DNA of 32,000 nt from Candidatus Saccharimonadota bacterium (GTDB lineage Bacteria > Patescibacteriota > Patescibacteriia > 2-12-FULL-60-25), in the NCBI GenBank assembly GCA_963718585.1, contig OY970357.1:810001-842000 (forward strand), in the 5' to 3' direction. The position numbers and the translations under genes are program-made. The notes below the pieces were generated by a model. That model made no database searches. It had not been told where the DNA came from and saw nothing but the letters and a program-made list of their open reading frames with translations. Of the stretch, positions 1 to 8,816 are shown one piece after another. How positions within the stretch are numbered: the stretch's first letter is position 1; every line of letters starts with the position of its first letter.

Positions 1-446
1 ATGATGTTCTGGAACTGGTTATACGTCGGCCCTTCAGCGGTCGGAAAATCGTGGAACGCCGCACCGTAGGATCCTGGACCGAGATCCCCAGGTTCCAGAC
101 CGCGCTTCGCGCACTTCTCGGGTGTGACCCAGGCCTTCCACCACGTGCAACCGAATTCCTCCAACCCTTCCTGCGTACGGACGCCGTTCGCAAAGGCGCA
201 GATCTCGCCGACCGCCTGACGCCACACCGTGACCGGCAGGCGCTCCGACTCTTTCGGCGCCATGTTGCGTTCGTTGATGATCGGGAAACCATTCTCGTAT
301 CGGAACCGCATGGGCGTCGCCCCCATGAGCGTAATGGCATCCACGCCCTGCTGGCTGTTGGTGCGGACACCTCGGTCCATGATGTCACGCAGAAGGCGCT
401 GATATTGGTCGTCCGGCGTGCGTTGGTCGAGAGGCTTCATCTCCAT
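1..446 (-). CDS. Thymidylate synthase (ThyA) family protein, N-terminal 148 codons; the 3' end runs off the left edge of the window
   Basis: Not in the ORF track because there is no stop inside the window. I translated the reverse frame by hand from ATG 446..444; it stays open to base 3. Product: MEMKPLDQRTPDDQYQRLLRDIMDRGVRTNSQQGVDAITLMGATPMRFRYENGFPIINERN...GCTWWKAWVTPEK...GDLGPGSYGAAFHDFPTAEGPTYNQFQNI. It is collinear with the ThyA N-terminal landmarks QY..L, MRF..GFP, W..W, DLGP.YG and DQ...I. Confidence 0.7.
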   Translation of the reverse strand, partial: MEMKPLDQRTPDDQYQRLLRDIMDRGVRTNSQQGVDAITLMGATPMRFRYENGFPIINERNMAPKESERLPVTVWRQAVGEICAFANGVRTQEGLEEFGCTWWKAWVTPEKCAKRGLEPGDLGPGSYGAAFHDFPTAEGPTYNQFQNI

Positions 447-511
447 AGGTCTGCATGGTCACAAAGCCGCGACGCAACGTCAAACGTGCGCCGTGAATGT
501 CTCAAAAACCC

Positions 512-1141
512 TTACTTTTTGATGACGATCGCGAGGTCGTGAATGACGATCTTATCATCGCTCCCGGGAGGCTTGATCTCGGTCGTGGTCGGGACTTCCA
601 TGAAGGCGACTCCTCGCTTAGAGAGCTCCATCTGGATCGCGATCATGTCGACCGGGTGCGTGCCCGCGGGCGGCGTGTACCCCTGCGGCGGATCGTAGTC
701 TTCCACGCCGAACGTGAAGACCGCCATCCCGCCCGGTGCGAGCGCGTCTCCTGCATGCACGAGCGGCAAAGCCTGCTTCGCCGGATCGATGAAACGGATG
801 ACCGTGTCGCTGTACAACACGTCATAGGGCGGATGCGACAATGGCTGGGTGATGTCATGACGCTCCACGCCGCTTTCTGCGCCCTGTAGATGATCGACCG
901 TGATGTCGAATGTCGTCATTTGGATCGGACGTTCCAATACGCGCTCGAAGATCTGTTGATGTCCGGGGATGAACCGCTTGTCCCCGCACCCGAGGATCCC
1001 GACCCGTGCCGGCGAGACCGTCGACGACGGGAGGCCGACAGCAGTGAACACCTGCCGCAGCTGCATCTCTTTGACGCGAAGACGCTCCGCGATCTCTGCA
1101 TCCGAACGATCGGCGAGCGACTGATGGAAGGGCGTAAGCAT
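512..1141 (-). CDS. Putative class I SAM-dependent methyltransferase
   Basis: ORF 512..1273 opens with TTG; the first ATG is codon 45 (1141). It has a Rossmann-like motif I (VGILGCGDK), an acidic beta-2 end (TTFDI) and LAPGGMAVF. This is a fold-level call only. Confidence 0.55.
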   Translation of the reverse strand: MLTPFHQSLADRSDAEIAERLRVKEMQLRQVFTAVGLPSSTVSPARVGILGCGDKRFIPGHQQIFERVLERPIQMTTFDITVDHLQGAESGVERHDITQPLSHPPYDVLYSDTVIRFIDPAKQALPLVHAGDALAPGGMAVFTFGVEDYDPPQGYTPPAGTHPVDMIAIQMELSKRGVAFMEVPTTTEIKPPGSDDKIVIHDLAIVIKK

Positions 1142-1173
1142 ACGGCCATAGCATCGCACAAAACGGACTTTCT

Positions 1174-1182
1174 TGGTATCCT
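1174..1182 (+). promoter_or_regulatory. Extended -10 box TGgTATCCT, 8 nt upstream of ATG 1191
   Basis: The motif is read directly. There is no SD between the box and the ATG. It belongs to a pattern that recurs across the window. Confidence 0.4.
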
Positions 1183-1190
1183 GCCGCCAT

Positions 1191-2024
1191 ATGGCCACAC
1201 AATTACCCGGGGCACGCGAGCTGATCAGCAGCTCATGGAAGGCGTTCCGCACGAATTGGAATGACTTCCTCAAAGTCTCGATCTGGTTCCTCTACCTGGG
1301 CTTCGTAGACTTCGCCCTCTACGCCCTCGTCAAGATCTCTCCGGTCTTCGAACTCCTGAGCAACATCCTTTCCATCGGCGTAGGGATCATCTGGTTCTGG
1401 GCCATGATCCGACTTCTGCAAACGGTCCTTCGCATGGAGGACGGGAAAAAGCCGGACATGAGCGTTGCCGCCATGAAGGACGCGTGGCGCCTCTGGCTCC
1501 GTCTCTTCTGGATCATGATCTTGATGGTCGTGATCCTGATCGCGACCGTGATCCCGCTGGCCGTCTGGCTCTACTTCCTCCCGACAGGTCTTATCGCATG
1601 GCTCTCCGCCCAACCATGGGTCGATGGGATCGTGATCGCCCTCTTGATCGTCCCGGCGATCTACGTCGGACTTCGCCTCGCCTTTGCGCAGTTCCTCGCG
1701 ATCGATAAGGATGCGACGGGTCTGAAGGCTCTCGCCCAATCATCGGATCTCGTCCGCGGGCGCTGGCTCGCGACCTTCTGGCGTCAGATCGCCGGCGGTC
1801 TCTTTTTCGGGATCGCCCTGTGGCTTGGATTGAGCGTCCTCTTCCTGCTCCTTGCCGTCATCCTGGGTCCGGACCGCTATGCCGCCCTTGCGAGCCCGGA
1901 GACGCGCGATCCCCTCTTCAGTGCCGCCCTTGGCCTCCTCAACGGTGTGATCGAGGCGTCCGTCCTGCCTCTGTTCGTGGTCTACGGCGTCAAACTCTAT
2001 CGTGCCCTGCTCAAAAACCGCTGA
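1191..2024 (+). CDS. Polytopic membrane protein of unknown function
   Basis: The ORF track starts at TTG 1173; the first ATG is at 1191. The product has 6 or more hydrophobic helices (IWFLYLGFVDFALYALV, IGVGIIWFWAMI, LFWIMILMVVILIATVIPLAVWLYF and others). Confidence 0.7.
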   Translation: MATQLPGARELISSSWKAFRTNWNDFLKVSIWFLYLGFVDFALYALVKISPVFELLSNILSIGVGIIWFWAMIRLLQTVLRMEDGKKPDMSVAAMKDAWRLWLRLFWIMILMVVILIATVIPLAVWLYFLPTGLIAWLSAQPWVDGIVIALLIVPAIYVGLRLAFAQFLAIDKDATGLKALAQSSDLVRGRWLATFWRQIAGGLFFGIALWLGLSVLFLLLAVILGPDRYAALASPETRDPLFSAALGLLNGVIEASVLPLFVVYGVKLYRALLKNR

Positions 2025-2091
2025 GCGGCGGACGCGGGGCCATTCAACGGGTCTCGACGATTCGTGTTTCGCGCTATAAGCTTTTCGCCGT

Positions 2092-3636
2092 ATGCGACTC
2101 CTGCCCATCATCGGCCTCGAATGCCACGTCCAACTCAAGACCGCGTCCAAGATGTTCTGCTCCTGCCCGAATGTGGGTGATGTCGCGGAACCCAATTCCT
2201 CCGTCTGCCCCGTCTGTACAGGCCAGCCCGGAGCCCTGCCGGCACTCAACGCGAAGGCCATCGAACTCGGGATCCTTGCCGGCCTGGCGCTGAATTGTGA
2301 GATCCCGGACACGTCGGTCTTTGACCGAAAGAACTATTTCTATCCTGATCTGCCCAAAGGGTATCAGATCTCCCAATTCCATCTCCCCATCGCCGAACAT
2401 GGATGGATGGAATTCGATGTCCCGGGTGGGACGCCGCCGCGCGACCACGTCCGCATTGGCGTCACCCGCGCGCACCTGGAAGAGGATGCGGCTAAGAACG
2501 TCCACGCCGCGGGCACCGGCGAAGATGCCCATGCCACCTTCGTGGATTACAACCGGGCCGGAACACCGCTTCTCGAGATCGTCAGTGAACCGGATCTGCG
2601 GACGCCGGCGGAGGCGAAGCAATATCTCCTAGAACTTCGGGCGATCCTCCGCGCACTCGGCGTCTCGGATGCGGATATGGAAAAGGGACAGATGCGGTGT
2701 GATGCGAACGTCTCGCTCCTGCCTATCGATGAGAACAACATGGCGCTCCAGCGGGAACTGAATCCGAAGATCGAGGTGAAGAATCTGAACAGTTTCCGTG
2801 CGGTCGAACGTGCCCTCGCCTACGAGATCGAGCGACAGACCAAGCTCTATGAGACCGACACGCTTCCCATCGCCTCGACGCGCGGCTGGGACGAGGATAA
2901 GGGCGAAACATTCGAACAGCGGACCAAGGAGACATCGGCAGACTATCGGTACTTCCCCGAGCCGGATCTCCCGCCGCAGGACCTCGTCCAACTCCGTGAA
3001 CGATTGAAGGGTCGCCTTCCGGAACTGCCGGCACAGGCGCGTACGCGGTTGATGGACGAGTATTGGTTCTCCCCCGCGGACGCGGCCTTCCTCGTAGCGA
3101 ACGACGGCTGGGCCTCGTATGCGGACAAGGTCATGAGCGAACTCGGCGGATGGCTCGAGAGCACGGATGATTCAGAGAAGTCCGGCGGGGAATTACTGGA
3201 CGAACGAAAGAAGAAGTTCGCAAAACTCGTCGGCGGATGGTTGACCTCCAAGCTCGCCGGTCTGCTCGCGGAAAAGAACTGGACCCTCACGGACCTCAAG
3301 ATCGACCCCGAGGATTTCGCCGAGTTCATCCATCTCATCGATGCCGGCGAGATCAACAGTTCGAACGCGCAAAAACTCCTCCTCTCCATGGCCGAGACCG
3401 GTGATGATCCCTCTCATCTCATGGAGTCACACAATCTCGGACAGAATCTCCCGGATGATGAGCTGGAACGGATCGTAAAGGACATCGTCGCGAACGCGCC
3501 GGACCAGGTCGCGCAGGTGAAGGCGGGAAAGCTTGGTGTACTCAAATGGTTCGTCGGCGCGGTGATGAAAGCGACCGAAGGACGCGCAAACCCGGTGAAG
3601 ACCGAGGAAGCGGTCAAAAAAGAGATCGGGGTCTGA
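2092..3636 (+). CDS. gatB: Asp-tRNA(Asn)/Glu-tRNA(Gln) amidotransferase subunit B
   Basis: 514 aa. The N-terminus IIGLECHVQLKTASKMFCSC...CPVCTGQPGALP, then FDRKNYFYPDLPKGYQISQ and a C-terminal GatB/YqeY-like tail, are diagnostic of the family. Confidence 0.95.
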   Translation: MRLLPIIGLECHVQLKTASKMFCSCPNVGDVAEPNSSVCPVCTGQPGALPALNAKAIELGILAGLALNCEIPDTSVFDRKNYFYPDLPKGYQISQFHLPIAEHGWMEFDVPGGTPPRDHVRIGVTRAHLEEDAAKNVHAAGTGEDAHATFVDYNRAGTPLLEIVSEPDLRTPAEAKQYLLELRAILRALGVSDADMEKGQMRCDANVSLLPIDENNMALQRELNPKIEVKNLNSFRAVERALAYEIERQTKLYETDTLPIASTRGWDEDKGETFEQRTKETSADYRYFPEPDLPPQDLVQLRERLKGRLPELPAQARTRLMDEYWFSPADAAFLVANDGWASYADKVMSELGGWLESTDDSEKSGGELLDERKKKFAKLVGGWLTSKLAGLLAEKNWTLTDLKIDPEDFAEFIHLIDAGEINSSNAQKLLLSMAETGDDPSHLMESHNLGQNLPDDELERIVKDIVANAPDQVAQVKAGKLGVLKWFVGAVMKATEGRANPVKTEEAVKKEIGV

Positions 3637-3648
3637 CCCCGATCTTTT
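3616..3648. terminator. Bidirectional intrinsic terminator between convergent gatB and miaA
   Basis: AAAAAAGA, then a GATCGGGGT/ACCCCGATC 9-bp stem, then TTTT. The gatB TGA sits in the loop. Confidence 0.6.
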
Positions 3649-3658
3649 GGATCCAACC

Positions 3659-4606
3659 TCACGCCTCGGAATCGCGGAGCCAATCTCCGACCATCCGCAC
3701 GGCCTCGTCCTGCGTGCGCGCCCAGTGGATCCGCGGATCACGCTTGAACCACGTCCATTGCCGCTTCGCGTATCGACGGACGGCCATCTGTGTCTTTTCC
3801 ATGGCCGCGCGGAGCGTCGTCTTCCCCTGCGTGAACTTCAACAGCTCCTGATATCCGATCGAGGTCATGGCCGGCGCATCCTCCGGAATGCCTTTTTTGA
3901 GGGCCGTCTCGATCTCGTCCACCCACCCATCCGCGATCATCTGATCCACTGTCGCATCGTTCCGGTCATATAGCGCTTCACGGTTCCACCACAACCCCAC
4001 TTGGAACGCCTCCACCGTAGGCGCACGACGCGAACGCATCTCTGAGAACGGCTTGCCCGTGAACGTCACGACCTCCAGAGCGCGGATCACCCGACGAAGA
4101 TTCTTCAGATCCACGGTCTGCGCCGCGCCGGGATCCACACGTAACAACAACTTCACGAGATCGGGAAGGGGTTTTTTCGCGATCTCTTCGCGAAAGGTCG
4201 GATGCGGAGGGATCCGGGGAAAATCATAATTATCCACGAGCGCAGAGATATAGAGCCCCGTCCCCCCTACCACAATAGGCAAATGACCGCGCGAACGGAT
4301 CCCCTTGATCGCCTGTAAAGCTTTTTCTCGCCATTCCACGACCGTAAAAGCCTGCTTTGGATCAAGGAATCCCATCAGATAATGCGGGACGTCTTCGACA
4401 AGATACGTCCGTCGACCTTGGAACGTCCCCCGCCGTCCGGGAGGCGTCCCTGTCCCGATCTGGAACCCTTTATAGACCTGCCGAGAGTCGGCGTTCACGA
4501 CCTCCCCACCGAATTTTTTCGCAAGACGGATCCCTAACGCGGTCTTCCCCGACGCGGTCGGTCCGACAACGCAGATGATACGCGGGACAGGTTGGGAGGA
4601 GGTCAT
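3659..4606 (-). CDS. miaA: tRNA dimethylallyltransferase
   Basis: P-loop VVGPTASGKTALGIRLAKKFGGEVVNADSRQVYKGFQIGTG. I prefer the start at ATG 4606, which overlaps the miaB stop as ATGA, over the ORF-track start at 4669. Confidence 0.9.
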   Translation of the reverse strand: MTSSQPVPRIICVVGPTASGKTALGIRLAKKFGGEVVNADSRQVYKGFQIGTGTPPGRRGTFQGRRTYLVEDVPHYLMGFLDPKQAFTVVEWREKALQAIKGIRSRGHLPIVVGGTGLYISALVDNYDFPRIPPHPTFREEIAKKPLPDLVKLLLRVDPGAAQTVDLKNLRRVIRALEVVTFTGKPFSEMRSRRAPTVEAFQVGLWWNREALYDRNDATVDQMIADGWVDEIETALKKGIPEDAPAMTSIGYQELLKFTQGKTTLRAAMEKTQMAVRRYAKRQWTWFKRDPRIHWARTQDEAVRMVGDWLRDSEA

Positions 4607-5980
4607 ACGTCGATCATGTCCGGATCCACGGTCACCGATCCTTTTGCGAGCGCGCCGTGCAATTGCCACTCCAATGCAAGGTCGATCTGCACATCCACGA
4701 TCCGACCGAGGAGCGCCGCTTCGTCCGATCGGAAACGGACCTGTTTCATCTCACGCGAGTTCCCGGAGGCGAAGCCGTTCTCGACCTTGTCGACGAGCAC
4801 GGAGACCCGTTGTCCGACGAACGCCTGATTCTTCCGCTTCGCGGTCCGCTCCATGAGTTCCTGCAAGACATTCCATCGGCGCTTCTTCTCCTCACGTGGT
4901 ACATCGTCCGGAAACAGCTTGATCCCGAGCGTTCCAGATCGCGGACTGTACTGAGCCGTGTACGAGATATCGAAATCACACGCCTCATACAACGAGACGG
5001 TCTCATCGAACTGTGCTGCCGTCTCGCCGGGAAATCCGACGATGATATCCGTCCCAAGCGCGATCCCAGGCCGCGCGACCTTCACCCGTTCGATCACATC
5101 GAGATATTTCGCTCGCGTGTATTTGCGATTCATACGAAAGAGAACCTCATCCGATCCGGCCTGCACGGGCAGATGAAGGTAATTCACCTGCTTCGGAAGG
5201 GTCAGCGCATCAACGACCTCTTCGGTCATGGAATTCGGATGCGGTGCAGTCCAATGGACGCGCTCGATCCCGGGGATCCGTCCGATCTCCCACAGAAGGG
5301 CGGCGAACGCGTCGTGATACGGATTCGCGTGTGCGAATGAGGACGGATCCGACGCCTTGAAAGAGTTCACCGTCTGTCCGAGGAGGGTCACCTCCACGAC
5401 CCCATGCGTCGCGAGATCACGGACCTCGGTCAGGATATCCGCTACCGGACGATTCAACTCGAATCCACGCGCGTACGGCACGACGCAATACGTGCAGAAC
5501 TTGTTGCATCCGGTCTGGATCGTGACATACGCCTGTGCCGATGGCGCCCGATGCGGAGCGATCTTGAGATAGTCCGTCTCTAGAGTCATCCGACAGGACG
5601 AGATCCGGACGCAATTCCGAGATCCACCGCGGCAAGTTCACCATTTGTGCGGTCGGAAAATACAGATCCACGGCCGACATCTTCTTCTTGAAGACCTGGT
5701 CCTTATCCCGTCCGGGCATGCACCCGGTCACCGCAACGATCAATCCGGGCTTCTCCATCTTCATCCGTTCGTAGTCCTGCATTTTGCCATACACCCGGTC
5801 CTCCGCACTCTGACGGACGGAACAGGTATTGAGGATGATGAGGTCCGCGAGGTCTTCACGATCGGTCTCAGAAAATCCGAGACGATCCAATAGCCCCGCG
5901 ATCCGCTCCGAATCGTTCTTGTTCATCTGGCACCCGAAGGTGACCAGTTGGTATTTCGGTGCCGTAAGGGCCTCTGGCAT
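4603..5980 (-). pseudogene. miaB: tRNA-i6A37 methylthiotransferase MiaB, interrupted by a +1 frame change near 5585-5595
   Basis: ORF 5417..5980 encodes the MTTase N-domain (YQLVTFGCQMNKNDSE...ILNTCSVR...VTGCM). ORF 4603..5589 encodes the radical-SAM and TRAM part (YVTIQTGCNKFCTYCVVPYARG). Together they are about 459 codons, a normal MiaB length, but they sit in two frames. Confidence 0.8.
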
Positions 5981-6032
5981 GGCCGCACGCTACCATGATC
6001 CGGCCTGTTTGTGGAGGGGCAGTCCGACCGCA

Positions 6033-6041
6033 TGCTATCAT
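6033..6041 (+). promoter_or_regulatory. Extended -10 box TGcTATCAT, 7 nt upstream of ATG 6049
   Basis: The motif is read directly. There is no SD between the box and the ATG. Confidence 0.4.
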
Positions 6042-6048
6042 GCGACAT

Positions 6049-6216
6049 ATGCCACTGACCGCGGATCAACGAACGAAGATCAAAGCGATCGCCCACGCGT
6101 ATCGAGCGGAGGTCCACGCCATCGCACGTAAACATGAAAAGAAGATCGTGGAGATCGTGACGAAGATCGACGAACGGAAAGCGGAGACCATCAAACGACG
6201 CATTGCGTCTTCATGA
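6049..6216 (+). CDS. Small helical, Lys/Arg-rich hypothetical protein (55 aa)
   Basis: This is the inner ATG of ORF 5995..6216. Product: MPLTADQRTKIKAIAHAYRAEVHAIARKHEKKIVEIVTKIDERKAETIKRRIASS. The start was chosen from the leaderless-type -10 box. Confidence 0.45.
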   Translation: MPLTADQRTKIKAIAHAYRAEVHAIARKHEKKIVEIVTKIDERKAETIKRRIASS

Positions 6217-6272
6217 CCGCAGAGGAGACGTGGTATACTGAACGGGCTGTTGGACGAACCTTTTGGAGGAAA

Positions 6273-6674
6273 ATGAAAACGGATCACGCATCGGTCTGCG
6301 ATCGATGCACACGACCACTCGACGCGGACGGGAAATGCCGAAATACGTCCTGCAGGACCAACCTGCCGACTTGGCGCCCTTCGCAATCCGGTGAACGGAC
6401 GGCGAGCGGCGGATTCGTTACGGTTCCGGTGACCCCGCATGCCTGCAAAAGCTGTGGGACACCTTTCGCTCCGTCGCTCGGCGCGTGCCCGCATTGCGGT
6501 GTGCCATTATCCTCATCCGGCAAATACCGCGCCGCCGTGCTCGGACTTCCCCCCGCGCCAAACGTGCCGAAGTTCGAACAGACAGATGCATTTGCGGATC
6601 CGTACGACGACGACGAACCGGTCACCGAACCCGGGACGCCCATAGCAAAATCATCTCGCCCACCACGCGAGTGA
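6273..6674 (+). CDS. Double zinc-ribbon protein with an acidic, disordered tail
   Basis: The start was chosen at ATG 6273 because GGAGGA lies 3 nt upstream. Two Cys4 clusters are present: CDRC-x9-C-x4-C and CKSC-x10-CPHC. Confidence 0.6.
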   Translation: MKTDHASVCDRCTRPLDADGKCRNTSCRTNLPTWRPSQSGERTASGGFVTVPVTPHACKSCGTPFAPSLGACPHCGVPLSSSGKYRAAVLGLPPAPNVPKFEQTDAFADPYDDDEPVTEPGTPIAKSSRPPRE

Positions 6675-6682
6675 CTCCTCAC

Positions 6683-6707
6683 GCCGACCGCAAGGCCGGC
6701 TTTTTTT
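6683..6707 (+). terminator. Intrinsic terminator after the zinc-ribbon gene
   Basis: An imperfect GC hairpin (GCCGACC gcaa GGCCGGC) followed by T7. It overlaps the eno stop codon. Confidence 0.5.
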
Positions 6708-7965
6708 ACCGCAACTCCTTTTCGATCGCCATGAGGCGATTGTACTTTCCCACGCGCTCGGATCGTGAAAGCGAACCGGTTTTGATATGTTCCGCGCCGC
6801 ACGCGACCGCAAGATCCGCGATGGTCGTGTCAGCGGTCTCCCCAGAGCGATGCGAGATGATCACCGCGAACTTCGCATCCTGCGCCATCTTGATCGCATC
6901 GACCGTCTCGGTCAGGGAACCGATCTGATTGAGCTTGATGAGGATCGCCGTCGCCGCCTTTTCCATGATCCCGCGATACAGTCGCTGGACGTTCGTGACG
7001 AAGAAATCATCTCCGATGATGAGTGACTTCTTTTTGAGTACGGGCACGCATTGCTTCCACGCGCTCCAATCATCTTGATCGAACGGATCCTCCAAGACCT
7101 GAAGCGGAAATTCCTTCTGCCACCGCGCATAGCGGTCAAGCAGGGTCTTGGCCGTATAGGTCTTTCCCTCGCTCTTGAACCGATAGAGCTTCTTCTTTTT
7201 GTCGTACAGCTCGCTCGCCGCGACGTCCGTCCCGAGTCCGACCTCTTTCCCGGGTTTGTAGCCCGCTTTCTTGATCGCTTTCACGAGCAAAGCGAACGAC
7301 TCCTCGACATTCTTGAGCTTTGGCGCAAATCCTCCTTCATCTCCGACCGTGGTCGCGAACCCCTCCTCTTTGAGGAGTTTCGCGAGCGTATGGAAGATCT
7401 CAGAACCGGCGCGGACGCGCTCGGCGAAGGATCGCTGTCGCGGAAGGATCATGCATTCCTGCACATCCACCGCGAAATTCGCATGCCTGCCACCGTTCAA
7501 GAGATTCATCATGGGCACGGGCATCGCCGCCTTTTTGGAAAAGTGGAATGAGTGCCGAAGCGACCGCCAAAGGGGCATCTTCCGATGGACAGCGAGCGCC
7601 TGTGCCACGCCGAGTGACACGGATAGGATCGCATTCGCGCCGAGGCGGGACTTGTTGTCCGTCCCATCCAATTCAAGCATGACGTGATCGATATCCGTTT
7701 GACGTTGTGCATCCACATGCTTGAGGACATGGGCGATCTCGCCATTCACATGCGCCACGGCCTTGCGTACACCTTTTCCACCATAACGCTTTCCGCCATC
7801 ACGGAGTTCGAGCGCTTCGTGGATACCGGTCGACGCGCCAGAAGGGACCTTGGCCTCAGCGCTGGCACCGGACACGAGGGTCACGCGACATGCGACAGTG
7901 GGATTCCCACGCGAGTCGAGGATCTCCCGCGCAACGATGCTTTTGATCTTGGAAGAAGGAAACAT
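6706..7965 (-). CDS. eno: Enolase (phosphopyruvate hydratase)
   Basis: IKSIVAREILDSRGNPTV..., SGASTGIHEALELRD and SHRSGETADTTIADLAV. I prefer the start at ATG 7965 (419 aa) over 8007. Confidence 0.95.
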   Translation of the reverse strand: MFPSSKIKSIVAREILDSRGNPTVACRVTLVSGASAEAKVPSGASTGIHEALELRDGGKRYGGKGVRKAVAHVNGEIAHVLKHVDAQRQTDIDHVMLELDGTDNKSRLGANAILSVSLGVAQALAVHRKMPLWRSLRHSFHFSKKAAMPVPMMNLLNGGRHANFAVDVQECMILPRQRSFAERVRAGSEIFHTLAKLLKEEGFATTVGDEGGFAPKLKNVEESFALLVKAIKKAGYKPGKEVGLGTDVAASELYDKKKKLYRFKSEGKTYTAKTLLDRYARWQKEFPLQVLEDPFDQDDWSAWKQCVPVLKKKSLIIGDDFFVTNVQRLYRGIMEKAATAILIKLNQIGSLTETVDAIKMAQDAKFAVIISHRSGETADTTIADLAVACGAEHIKTGSLSRSERVGKYNRLMAIEKELR

Positions 7966-7973
7966 ATGACCGC

Positions 7974-7982
7974 AGTGTACCA
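7974..7982 (-). promoter_or_regulatory. Extended -10 box TGgTACACT, 8 nt upstream of the eno ATG
   Basis: Read on the minus strand. No SD. Confidence 0.4.
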
Positions 7983-7992
7983 CGTCAGTCAC

Positions 7993-8017
7993 AAAAACGT
8001 CCGGCATTGCCGGACGT
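7993..8017 (-). terminator. Intrinsic terminator after the SIMPL gene
   Basis: ACGTCCGGC/GCCGGACGT 9-bp stem followed by TTTTTGTG on the minus strand. Confidence 0.6.
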
Positions 8018-8030
8018 TCGTGATTCGGAA

Positions 8031-8810
8031 CTACCGAACTTCGTACGTGATACTGACGTTCGAGATCACGTCGAGCGAACCGGATTGAATGTCCGGTGCG
8101 ACGGAGTTCCCGCCACCGACTGCCTCGGCACGTGGCGCCATGAGCGGAATGGGCGTCGGCGACGAATTGTTGCTCTCGGCGAATGTCACCACCTTCACGA
8201 GATGCAATCCGAGCTTGTCAGCCAATGCCTTCGCCTTCTGCGTCGCATCATCAATGGCCTTATCCCGGGCGTCTGCTTGAAGCGACTGCGGGTCATCGAT
8301 CGTGAAGTTGATCCCACCTGCCTGATTCATGCCAAGATCCCCCGCCTTCGCGAGGACGGCTCCCGTCTGATCAAGGTTCCGTACCTTGACCGTGACGCTC
8401 TGAGAGACCGTATACCCGATGATCTGTTGCGTGTTCTTGCTGTAGTCATACCGCGGATAGATGCTGTAATTCGAGGTCTGGATATCCTTCGCCTCGATGT
8501 TCATCCCCTTGAGCGCAACGATGATGGCGTTCATTTTACTGGTATTGTTCTGCTGGGCTTCGTTGACGGTCTTCGCATCGCTCGTGACCCCGAAATTCAG
8601 GACCGCGACATCCGGGACGCCCGAGACCTTCCCCATCCCGCTGATGGCGATCGTATCTCGTTCGGTCACGGCTTTACCGATATAACCATATTGTTGGAGG
8701 GCGTTCCGCGCTTCAGCGCCGACAAAGATGATGAGCGCGATGGTCAGGAGACCGAACAGCCCCTGAAGGTATTTATTGGATTGCATAGTGGAGGAAGAGG
8801 TACGTGGCAT
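8031..8810 (-). CDS. SIMPL (DUF541) domain protein with an N-terminal membrane anchor
   Basis: ISGMGKVSGVPDVAVLNFGV...AQQNNTSKMNAIIVALKGMNIEAKDIQTSNYSIYPRYDY...GYTVSQSVTVKVRNLD matches the SIMPL family pattern. An alternative start lies at 8786. Confidence 0.85.
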   Translation of the reverse strand: MPRTSSSTMQSNKYLQGLFGLLTIALIIFVGAEARNALQQYGYIGKAVTERDTIAISGMGKVSGVPDVAVLNFGVTSDAKTVNEAQQNNTSKMNAIIVALKGMNIEAKDIQTSNYSIYPRYDYSKNTQQIIGYTVSQSVTVKVRNLDQTGAVLAKAGDLGMNQAGGINFTIDDPQSLQADARDKAIDDATQKAKALADKLGLHLVKVVTFAESNNSSPTPIPLMAPRAEAVGGGNSVAPDIQSGSLDVISNVSITYEVR

Positions 8811-8816
8811 ACTGAT

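Noticed and set aside
51-542. A 163-aa plus-strand ORF at the left edge.
   Set aside because: It is antisense to the ThyA-like frame, which carries recognisable family motifs. The plus-strand product is Arg-rich with no motif.
5417-5589. The C-terminal 57 residues of ORF 5417..5980, considered as genuine protein.
   Set aside because: This is an out-of-frame read-through of the radical-SAM segment. The true homology continues in the other frame.
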